From the NCBI GenBank assembly GCA_964291495.2, contig OZ219871.1, positions 160,001 through 224,000 on the forward strand: a stretch of 64,000 bases of DNA, in the 5' to 3' direction. Below the pieces are notes generated by a model, which made no database searches, was not told where the DNA came from, and saw nothing but the letters and a program-made list of their open reading frames with translations. This document shows, one piece after another, positions 56,439-64,000 of this stretch (the first letter of the stretch is position 1; every line of letters starts with the position of its first letter). A program made the position numbers and the translations under genes. This stretch comes from Dehalococcoidia bacterium. GTDB taxonomy: Bacteria > Chloroflexota > Dehalococcoidia > UBA2979.

Positions 56439-57521
56439 ATGAAGGCCGCGATCATGCACGGCGTGCACCAGCCGCTGACCATCGAGCAGGTCGAGATCGA
56501 CGAACCGGGGGACCGCGAGATCCTCGTCCGCACCTCGGCCTCCGGCGTCTGCCACTCCGACCTGCACTACATCGAGGATCTCATGCCGATGCGGACGCCG
56601 GCGATCCTCGGGCACGAGGCCGCCGGCGTCGTCGAGGCCGTCGGCTCGAAGGTCACCTACGTGCAGCCGGGCGATCACGTGATCGCCTGCGGCTCCGCCT
56701 TCTGCGGCGAGTGCGAGGAGTGCCTGACCGGCCACCCCAACCGCTGCATCGACAAGCCCTTCCGCACGCTCGACGACCCGCCGCGGATCACGCTCAACGG
56801 CGAGCGCGTCCACAACTCCGTCTCCAACATCGCCAGCTTCGCCGAGTGGATGCTGCTCAGCGAGCGCGGCGTCGTGAAGGTGCGCGACGACATGCCGCTC
56901 GACGTCGCTTCGCTCGTCGGTTGCGGCGTGATCACGGGCGTCGGCGCGGTGCTCAACGCCGCGCAGGTGAAGCCCGGCTCGAGCGTCGCCGTCTTCGGCG
57001 TCGGCGGCGTGGGGCTCTCCGCCGTGCAGGGCGCCTACATCTCCGGCGCGCGCCAGATCATCGCTGTCGACCTGCTGGAGTCGAAGCTGGGCACGGCCCG
57101 CGAGTTTGGCGCGACCCACGGCGTGAACGCCTCCGAGGAGGACCCCGTCGCCGCCGTGCGGCGGCTCAGCGGCGGCGGCGTCGACTACTCCTTCGAGGCG
57201 ATCGGCAACGCCACCGTCGCGCTGCAGTGCGTGCAGTCGCTCGGCCTGGGCGGGCTGGCGACGATCATCGGCGTGGTCCCGGCCAATGAGACGATCGCGC
57301 TCGGCGGGCGGATGCTCGGCGGCGAGAAGTCGATCCGCGCCACCACGATGGGCTCGAACAAGTTCCGCGTCGACATGCCGAAGCTGATCGAGCTCTACAT
57401 ACAGGGCCGCCTCAAGCTCGACGAGATGATCACGCGCCGCGGGGAGCTCGAGGAGGTCAACGACATGTTCGAGGCGATGAACCAGGGCGAGGTCGCCCGC
57501 CAGGTGATCGTCTTCGAGTAG
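56439..57521 (+). CDS. Zn-dependent alcohol dehydrogenase (class III-like MDR)
   Basis: GVCHSDL, LGHE.AGVV, CGEC.EC..G.PNRC, GCGV.TG, G.GGVG. Confidence 0.95.
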   Translation: MKAAIMHGVHQPLTIEQVEIDEPGDREILVRTSASGVCHSDLHYIEDLMPMRTPAILGHEAAGVVEAVGSKVTYVQPGDHVIACGSAFCGECEECLTGHPNRCIDKPFRTLDDPPRITLNGERVHNSVSNIASFAEWMLLSERGVVKVRDDMPLDVASLVGCGVITGVGAVLNAAQVKPGSSVAVFGVGGVGLSAVQGAYISGARQIIAVDLLESKLGTAREFGATHGVNASEEDPVAAVRRLSGGGVDYSFEAIGNATVALQCVQSLGLGGLATIIGVVPANETIALGGRMLGGEKSIRATTMGSNKFRVDMPKLIELYIQGRLKLDEMITRRGELEEVNDMFEAMNQGEVARQVIVFE

Positions 57522-57554
57522 CCACCGCACACTCGGAGCGCCTCGAAGCTGCCG

Positions 57555-58940
57555 ATGACGCGCCGCGCGCTCGGCGCAGCCCTGATCGCGACGGCCCTCG
57601 CGGCGCTGCTCGTTGCCTGCGAGGACGAGAGCGGCGGCACGCCCTCGGTCGTCTCGACTCCGCCGCCGGTCGCGACCGCCGCGCCGTCACCCGCGGCTAC
57701 CGCAACGCCGACGGCCGCCCTCGCGGTGACGGCAACGCCGCCCGCCGCCACGCCCTCGCCGGCCGCTTCGCCATCCCCGATGGCGTCGCCGTCTCCAACC
57801 TCCACGCCCACTCCCGCGACCGTGCCCGCGGCGCCCGAACCAGCAGCCGTCAGCCTCGTTCCCGCGTTCGGCGGGCGGGAGTTCGAGCGGCCCGTGGAGC
57901 TCGGGGCGTACCCGGCCGGGCCGGACCCGGCGGGGAGCGTCTTCGTCGCCGAGCAGGACGGGCGCGTCTACGTCCTCCACGCGAGCGGCGAGGCGCTGCT
58001 GGTGGACCTGAGCCCGCAGGTCAGCCGCGCCAGCAACGAGGAAGGCCTGCTCAGCGTCGCCGTCGATCCGCAGTTCGCCTCGAACCGCTGGCTGTGGCTC
58101 TACTACTCGGTCGACCGCTCGGCGAACCCCGGCCCGCGCCGCACGCGACTCTCGCGCTTCACGGTCGACGCGACCGACGCGCTCGCCGTGGACGCGGACT
58201 CCGAGCTCGTGGTCCTCGAGCTGGAGCAGCCGTTCCCGAACCACAACGGGGGCGCGATCCGCTTCGGGCCGGACGGGATGCTCTACCTCGGCCTCGGCGA
58301 CGGCGGCTCGGCGGGTGACCCGCGCGCGAACGGGCAGAACCTCGGCACGCTGCTCGGCAGCATCGTCCGCATCGACGTGCGCGAGGCATCCGAGGCCGAG
58401 CCGTACCGTGTCCCGCCCGACAACCCGTTCGTCGGGACGCCGGGCGCGCGCGCCGAGATCTGGGCCTACGGTCTGCGCAACCCCTGGCGCATGGCCTTCG
58501 ACGGCGCCGGTCGCCTCTGGGCGGCCGACGTCGGCCAGAACGCGCTCGAGGAGATCGACGTGATCGAGCGCGGCGGCAACTACGGCTGGGACCGCCTCGA
58601 GGGCACCCGCTGCTTCGAGCCGCGCAGCGGCTGCGACCGCGAGGGCACGACGCCGCCGATCGCCGAGTACGGGCGCAGCCTCGGCTGCTCCGTCACCGGC
58701 GGGGTGGTCTACGAGGGCGACGACATGCCGGCGCTGGCGGGCAGCTACCTCTTCGCCGACTTCTGCAGCGGGCGCCTCTGGGCGCTCGATCCCGAGGGCG
58801 GCAGCGTCGCCGAGGTCGCGCGCAGCGAGCGGCAGGTCGCCTCCATCGGGACGGATGCGCGGGGCGAGGTGTACCTGCTGACGTTCCGCGGGGCGATCCT
58901 GCGGATCGCGCCACAGAGCGGAACGGGGAACGGCCGCTAG
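57555..58940 (+). CDS. PQQ-dependent sugar dehydrogenase (GSDH beta-propeller) lipoprotein
   Basis: LVAC lipobox, P/T linker, EEGLL, NHNGG.I.FGPDG.LY..GDGG, YGLRNPWR, GGNYGW. Confidence 0.92.
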   Translation: MTRRALGAALIATALAALLVACEDESGGTPSVVSTPPPVATAAPSPAATATPTAALAVTATPPAATPSPAASPSPMASPSPTSTPTPATVPAAPEPAAVSLVPAFGGREFERPVELGAYPAGPDPAGSVFVAEQDGRVYVLHASGEALLVDLSPQVSRASNEEGLLSVAVDPQFASNRWLWLYYSVDRSANPGPRRTRLSRFTVDATDALAVDADSELVVLELEQPFPNHNGGAIRFGPDGMLYLGLGDGGSAGDPRANGQNLGTLLGSIVRIDVREASEAEPYRVPPDNPFVGTPGARAEIWAYGLRNPWRMAFDGAGRLWAADVGQNALEEIDVIERGGNYGWDRLEGTRCFEPRSGCDREGTTPPIAEYGRSLGCSVTGGVVYEGDDMPALAGSYLFADFCSGRLWALDPEGGSVAEVARSERQVASIGTDARGEVYLLTFRGAILRIAPQSGTGNGR

Positions 58941-58965
58941 CGAGGCGCCCGGCTACACTCGCGCC

Positions 58966-59142
58966 ATGGCCGTTCCAATCCTCGCGGCGCTGTTCGCCTG
59001 CTACGTGCTGGTCACGCTCTGGCAGTTCCGCCGCGCCCTCGGGGCCTCCGAGCCGGAGGCGCGCCTGCGCGAGTCACGGCGCGCGCTGATCCTCGTCTCG
59101 CTCGGCGTGCCGCTGCTGGCGGCGCTGATCCTCGCGGCGTGA
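58966..59142 (+). CDS. small two-TM membrane protein (58 aa)
   Basis: MAVPILAALFACYVLVTLWQFRRALGASEPEARLRESRRALILVSLGVPLLAALILAA; below the ORF-track cutoff; TACACT ends 6 nt before the ATG. Confidence 0.7.
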   Translation: MAVPILAALFACYVLVTLWQFRRALGASEPEARLRESRRALILVSLGVPLLAALILAA

Positions 59143-59155
59143 CGAGGTCGCGCGG

Positions 59156-59183
59156 TTGACGGTGCATCCCTCGCTCGTACGAT
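59156..59183 (+). promoter_or_regulatory. sigma70-type promoter of leuS (probably leaderless)
   Basis: TTGACG-16 bp-TACGAT-6 nt-GTG start. Confidence 0.65.
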
Positions 59184-59189
59184 GAACGG

Positions 59190-61670
59190 GTGACGAGCAC
59201 CACCGAGCAGCAGCCGCAGACCGAGCGCTACGAGCCGGGCGCGATCGAGCAGCGCTGGCGACAGCGCTGGGAGGACAGCGGCCTCTACCGCACCGAGGAC
59301 CACGTCGAGGGGCGCGACAACTGGTACGCGCTCACAATGCTGCCCTACACCTCCGGCGACCTCCACGTCGGCCACTGGTTCGCGATGGCGCCCTCGGACG
59401 CCCTCGCCCGCTTCCGCCGCATGCGCGGCTACAACGTGCTCTTCCCGATCGGCTTCGACGCCTTCGGCCTGCCCGCGGAGAACGCCGCCATCGCCGGTGG
59501 CGCGCACCCCAAGGACTGGACCGACGGCAACATCGTCCACATGCGCGAGCAGCTCAAGCGCATGGGCACGATGTTCGACTGGACACGCGAGGTCGACACC
59601 AGCTCGCCGGACTACTACCGCTGGACGCAGTGGTGGTTCCTCCAGCTCTATCGCCAGGGGCTGGCCTACCGCGCCGACGCCCCCGTCAACTGGTGCCCGT
59701 CCTGCAACACCGTGCTCGCCAACGAGCAGGTCGTCGACGGCGCCTGCGAGCGCTGCCACAGCGAGGTCGAGCAGCGTGCGATGGAACAGTGGTTCTTCCG
59801 CATCACCAACTACGCCGAGGAGCTGCTGGCCAACGAGGACCTCGAATGGCCTGATTACGTCAAGTTGATGCAGCGTAACTGGATCGGCCGCTCCGAGGGC
59901 TCCGAGGCGTCCTTCGCCCTCGAGACGCCCGCGCCGGACGGCACGGACGAGATCCGCGTCTTCACCACCCGCCCCGACACGCTGCACGGCGTGACGTTCA
60001 TGGTGCTGGCGCCGGAGCATCCTCTCGTCCGGCAGATCACCACCGACGATCAGCGCGACGAGGTCGACGCCTACGTGCGCGCGGCGGGGCTCGCCTCCGA
60101 GCTCGAGCGGCAGGCGACGGACCGCGAGAAGACCGGCGTCTTCACCGGCGCCTGGTGCGTCAACCACCTCACGGGCGACCGCGTCCCGATCTGGATCGCC
60201 GACTACGCCCTCGCGACGTACGGCACGGGCGCGGTGATGGCCGTGCCCGCGCACGACCAGCGCGACTTCGAGTTCGCGGAGAAGTTCGGGCTGCCCATCC
60301 AGGTGGTGATCGCGCCGCCGGAGTGGGACGGCGGGCCGCTCGCCGAGGCGTTCGTCGAGGCGGGCACGATGGTCAACTCCGGCAGCTTCGACGGGCTGCC
60401 GTCGGAGGAGGGCAAGGCCGCGGTCACCGCGCACCTGGAGGCGCAGGGCTGGGGCGGACCGAAGATCCAGTACCGCCTGCGCGACTGGCTGATCTCGCGC
60501 CAGCGCTACTGGGGCGCGCCGATCCCGATGGTCTACTGCGCGGGCCAGTGCGGCATCGTCCCCGTGCCCGAGGACCAGCTTCCGGTCGAGCTGCCCTACG
60601 ACGTCGAGTTCCTCCCGACCGGTCAGTCGCCGCTCGCGCTCTCCCAGGACTTCGTGCGTACCACCTGCCCGGAGTGCGAGGGGCCGGCGCGGCGTGAGAC
60701 GGACACGATGGACACCTTCATGTGTTCCTCGTGGTACTACATGCGCTACGCCGACGCCGTGAACGACGACGCGGCAATCGCGCCCGATCCCGCCACCGCC
60801 TGGCTCCCGGTGGACCAGTACACGGGCGGCGCCGAGCACGCCACGATGCACCTGCTCTACGCGCGCTTCTTCTACAAGGCGGCGCGCGACGCCGGCACCG
60901 TGCCCGGCGACGAGCCGTTCACGCGCTACTTTGCGCAGGGCCAGATCCTCGGGCCGGACGGGCGGCGCATGTCCAAGTCGCGCGGCAACGTCGTCCCGCC
61001 CGACGACCAGGTCGACCAGTGGGGCGCCGACACCTTTCGCGCCTACCTGATGTTCCTCGGGCCCTGGGACCAGGGCGGCCCCTACGACGTCGAGGGCATC
61101 GTCGGCGTCGCCCGCTGGCTGCGGCGGGTCTGGGGCCTCGCCGCCGATGCGCCCGCGTACGGCGGCGCGGCAGGCGGCGCCTCCAGCGAGGCGCTGCGCG
61201 AGGCGCACCGCACGCTCGAGCGCGTCACCGAGGACTACGACGGCTTCCACCTCAACACCGCCGTCGCCGCGCTGATGGAGCTGACCAACACGCTCGTCCG
61301 CGCGCGCGAGGCCGGGCCCGTCGACGAGGCCGACTGGAACGAGTCGCTGCGGCTGCTGCTGCTGATGCTCGCTCCGGTCTGCCCGCACATCGCCGAGGAG
61401 CTCTGGGAGCGCATCGGGCAGTCCTACTCGGTGCACGAGCAGGATTGGCCTGCGGTCGATGCGGCGCTCAGCGCCCTCGAGACGGTGGAGCTGCCCGTGC
61501 AGATCAACGGCCGCCTGCGCGACCGCATCGACGTCTCGCCGACGGCCACGGAGGCAGAGGTGCGGGCGCAGGCCGAGGCGCGGCCGCGAGTCGCCGAGCT
61601 GCTCGACGGCCGCGAACCGGCGCGAGTCATCTACGTGCCCGGCCGGATGCTCAACCTCGTAGTCCGGTAG
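59190..61670 (+). CDS. leuS: leucine--tRNA ligase
   Basis: MLPYTSG.LHVGH, GFDAFGLPAENAAI, TVLANEQV, FTTRPDT, RLRDW.ISRQRYWG.PIP, RMSKSRGN. Confidence 0.98.
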   Translation: MTSTTEQQPQTERYEPGAIEQRWRQRWEDSGLYRTEDHVEGRDNWYALTMLPYTSGDLHVGHWFAMAPSDALARFRRMRGYNVLFPIGFDAFGLPAENAAIAGGAHPKDWTDGNIVHMREQLKRMGTMFDWTREVDTSSPDYYRWTQWWFLQLYRQGLAYRADAPVNWCPSCNTVLANEQVVDGACERCHSEVEQRAMEQWFFRITNYAEELLANEDLEWPDYVKLMQRNWIGRSEGSEASFALETPAPDGTDEIRVFTTRPDTLHGVTFMVLAPEHPLVRQITTDDQRDEVDAYVRAAGLASELERQATDREKTGVFTGAWCVNHLTGDRVPIWIADYALATYGTGAVMAVPAHDQRDFEFAEKFGLPIQVVIAPPEWDGGPLAEAFVEAGTMVNSGSFDGLPSEEGKAAVTAHLEAQGWGGPKIQYRLRDWLISRQRYWGAPIPMVYCAGQCGIVPVPEDQLPVELPYDVEFLPTGQSPLALSQDFVRTTCPECEGPARRETDTMDTFMCSSWYYMRYADAVNDDAAIAPDPATAWLPVDQYTGGAEHATMHLLYARFFYKAARDAGTVPGDEPFTRYFAQGQILGPDGRRMSKSRGNVVPPDDQVDQWGADTFRAYLMFLGPWDQGGPYDVEGIVGVARWLRRVWGLAADAPAYGGAAGGASSEALREAHRTLERVTEDYDGFHLNTAVAALMELTNTLVRAREAGPVDEADWNESLRLLLLMLAPVCPHIAEELWERIGQSYSVHEQDWPAVDAALSALETVELPVQINGRLRDRIDVSPTATEAEVRAQAEARPRVAELLDGREPARVIYVPGRMLNLVVR

Positions 61671-61675
61671 ACGCC

Positions 61676-62467
61676 GTGGCTGCTCAGCACCGGCCGCCTT
61701 CACAGCGGCTGCCCACCCCGGCGCAGCCAGCCCCGCCGCTGCCCGGCCTGCGGCTGGCGAGCGCGCTGTTGCTCGCGTGCGCGGCGCTGCTCGCCGCCTG
61801 TCGCCCGCAGGGCGACGAGGATCCGGAGCCGCAACCCGCCGCGGGCGCCTCGATGGAGGCGATCCGCACGGAAGACGGCCTCAGCCTCGACGCGCGGCTC
61901 TTCGAGGCGGACCCGGAGCGGGTGGTGATCCTGCTCCACATGTTCCCGGCCGATCAGACGGCGTGGTACCCCTTCGCGCGCCGGCTGCAGCAGCGCGGGA
62001 TTAGCGCGCTGACCCTGGACTTCCGCGGCTACGGCGCGTCCGAGGGCGAACAGGATCCCGGCCAGATCGACCGCGACGTGCGCGCCGCAATCGCCTTCGC
62101 GCGCGAGCGTGGCTTCGACGGAGTCGTGCTCGCCGGAGCCTCGATGGGCGGTACCGCGGCGATCGTCGTGGCGGCGGAGGAGTCCGTCGATGGCGTCGCG
62201 GTGCTCTCGGCGCCGTCGCGAATGCGCGGCCTCGACGCAAAGAGCACGATCGCCGGGGTGACCTGCCCCCTGACGCTGATCGCGGCGGAGGGCGACCTGG
62301 CCGCGATGAACGCGCTCGAAAGCTTCGAGGACCGCGCCGGGCTGGACGCCGGCGCGAGCCTCGTCGTTCCCGGCGTCGCGCACGGCACCGACCTGCTCGG
62401 CTCGCCGCACGGCGACGCCGTGCGCGCCCGGCTATTCGAATTCCTCGAGGAGGTGTGGGAGGGCTAG
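61676..62467 (+). CDS. alpha/beta hydrolase lipoprotein
   Basis: LAAC lipobox, LLHM, DFRGYG.S, GASMGG, HGT. Confidence 0.85.
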   Translation: MAAQHRPPSQRLPTPAQPAPPLPGLRLASALLLACAALLAACRPQGDEDPEPQPAAGASMEAIRTEDGLSLDARLFEADPERVVILLHMFPADQTAWYPFARRLQQRGISALTLDFRGYGASEGEQDPGQIDRDVRAAIAFARERGFDGVVLAGASMGGTAAIVVAAEESVDGVAVLSAPSRMRGLDAKSTIAGVTCPLTLIAAEGDLAAMNALESFEDRAGLDAGASLVVPGVAHGTDLLGSPHGDAVRARLFEFLEEVWEG

Positions 62468-62479
62468 ACCCTCCCGCGC

Positions 62480-63307
62480 TCAGAAGTCCAGGCGGGGCTG
62501 CTCCGGCCCGTCCTCGGACTGCTCGTCGCGGAGCTCCGGCGGGAGCTCGGCGGCAGCGCCCGGCTGGTCGTCCAGGGGCGGCATCGCGAAGTCGTCGATC
62601 ACGGCCTGCTCGGCCTCGGGCGGCTCGCCATCGGCCGCCGCCTCGGCGTCTGGCTCCATCAGCGCGCCGAGGGCCGAGCGCGAGCGCTGCGGGCCCGGCT
62701 CGTGCATCCTGGTGTGGCCGTTGCCATTGCCGTTACCGCCGCCCGGCGCGACCGGCGACCCGGCGCGCGCCGGCGTGGCCGGAGGGCCGGGCGCGGCCGC
62801 GGGCGCCTCGAGTTGATCGAGGCCGGAGCGCACGGACTGCCGGAAGGCTTCGAGCTGCTGCTCGAGCCGGGCAAGCAGCTCCTGGGCGTAGCGATCCGCG
62901 GCGGCCATCTGCTGCTCACTGAAGCGGCGGGACTCGCTGATGCGGCCCGCGATCTCCGCGTTCACCTCGGCGAGGCGCTCCTCGGCGCGCAGTTCGGCCT
63001 CCTGCGCGATCTCCTCCGCGCGCACGTGCGCGGCGCGGACGATCTCGTGCTGCGTGGTGAGCTTGGTGACGTGCTCCTCCGCGCGCGCCACCAGCAGCTG
63101 CGCCTCCTCCTCGGCGTCGCGAAGCAGCGCCTCGCGCTCCTCGATCACCTTCTGCGCCTCGTGGACCTCGTTGGGGACGGACGTCCGGATCTGGTCCACG
63201 AGGTCGAGCAGCCGCTGGCGATCGACGATCGCGCGGCCGCCGATCGGCATCCGCTGGGCGTTGGCCACGAGTTCCTCGATCTGGTCGACGTGATGCAACA
63301 GATCCAT
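62480..63307 (-). CDS. coiled-coil protein downstream of coaD (DivIVA/SepIVA-like)
   Basis: L..IEELV..A..MP..G...VD...LL.L.D.IR...P.E...A; long coiled coil; conserved position after coaD. Confidence 0.7.
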   Translation of the reverse strand: MDLLHHVDQIEELVANAQRMPIGGRAIVDRQRLLDLVDQIRTSVPNEVHEAQKVIEEREALLRDAEEEAQLLVARAEEHVTKLTTQHEIVRAAHVRAEEIAQEAELRAEERLAEVNAEIAGRISESRRFSEQQMAAADRYAQELLARLEQQLEAFRQSVRSGLDQLEAPAAAPGPPATPARAGSPVAPGGGNGNGNGHTRMHEPGPQRSRSALGALMEPDAEAAADGEPPEAEQAVIDDFAMPPLDDQPGAAAELPPELRDEQSEDGPEQPRLDF

Positions 63308-63382
63308 CGGTTCGCCTCCCCGTCAGTCGCTGTGGCCGCGGCTCCGGCAGCGCCGGACCGCGGCCACCACCCAATCACCCCG

Positions 63383-63859
63383 CTACTCTTCGCCAAACTT
63401 CTCCCGCAGCGCCGCCGCCACGCCGGGCGGCACCAGGTCGCTCACGTCGAGGCCGAAGCTCGCCAGCTCGCGCACTCGCGAGGCGCTCAGTACCAGGTAC
63501 TCGATCGAGGTCATCAGGAACGCCGAATCCACGTCCGGCGCCAGCTTGCGGTTCATGATCGCCATGTCGAACTCGTAGAGATAATCCTCGATCGAGCGCA
63601 GGCCCTTGACGAGGACCGTCGCGCCCTCGGCTCGGGCGCAGTCGACGGTGAGGCCGTAGTTCGCGATCACCCGCGCGTTCGGGATGTCCGCGACCGCATC
63701 GCTGAAGAGCACAACCCGATCGTCCGTGCTGAACAGGGCGGAGCGGCTGTGCGTGACGGCGACGACGAGCTCCTCGTAGAGACTCGCTGCGCGACGCACG
63801 ATGTCCACATGGCCGAGGGTGACGGGGTCGAAGGTGCCCGGATACATCGCCGTCGTCAC
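63383..63859 (-). CDS. coaD: pantetheine-phosphate adenylyltransferase
   Basis: YPGTFDPVTLGH.DI..RA, LFS...R, GL.VD, KGLR...DY.YE..MA.MNR.L, S.S.VRE. Confidence 0.96.
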   Translation of the reverse strand: MTTAMYPGTFDPVTLGHVDIVRRAASLYEELVVAVTHSRSALFSTDDRVVLFSDAVADIPNARVIANYGLTVDCARAEGATVLVKGLRSIEDYLYEFDMAIMNRKLAPDVDSAFLMTSIEYLVLSASRVRELASFGLDVSDLVPPGVAAALREKFGEE

Positions 63860-64000
63860 GGTCGCCGCCCTTCCGCTGCCGCCTTGCGCGGGGCGAGGCA
63901 GCGATACGCCGCAATCGCGCCGTCTCCCTGGCGCCGGCGGCGCCAGACCGCGCAGCCGCCGAGCATGGCCGGCGCCTGGCTGCGCGCCGCGTGTTCGACC

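Noticed and set aside
57650-57840. Low-complexity Pro/Thr/Ala repeats (also at about 3510-3660 and 12610-12710)
   Set aside because: Ordinary lipoprotein linkers, not DNA repeat elements
59001-61703. Very long antisense or alternate-frame ORFs (900 aa opposite leuS, 1148 aa opposite ccmEFH, 797 aa at 30017, 619 aa at 227, and many more)
   Set aside because: Shadow ORFs expected at very high GC; Arg/Ala/Gly/Pro-rich with no motifs, and they overlap well-supported genes

Overview
A high-GC bacterial chromosomal window. Gene content points to Chloroflexota, probably Dehalococcoidia-like (inferred from GreA with a long N-terminal extension, a PPOX-class F420-type enzyme, and expanded SDR, LLM and non-canonical thiolase paralogues). 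Most of it is housekeeping or metabolic: amtB-glnK, a Grx-TrxR fusion, folP, nadE, a caa3 oxidase operon divergent from a tlpA-ccm-ctaAB biogenesis operon, greA, rsmG, tRNA-Ala(GGC), leuS and coaD. The most interesting signal is a divergent locus at 16.7-20.5 kb that appears to use selenocysteine. On the minus strand it has Rdx, a UGSC-family gene with an in-frame UGA and a perfect SECIS-like hairpin, and its partner gene. On the plus strand it has an SCP-x/Ltp2-type thiolase whose conserved C-terminus is interrupted by an in-frame UGA followed by a SECIS-like hairpin (candidate new selenoprotein family), paired with a DUF35 Zn-ribbon/OB-fold gene. Other notable items: an 11-bp-periodic GlnR-box-like array upstream of amtB with a receiver-less GlnR-like wHTH gene downstream, an SRA-like/HNH nuclease cassette flanked by a 25-bp direct repeat, a 245-bp MITE-like element, a REP-like palindrome family, an HxxxF CcmE variant, several apparently leaderless genes, and a frameshifted LLM gene. 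All family assignments come from motif recognition by eye; no searches were run.
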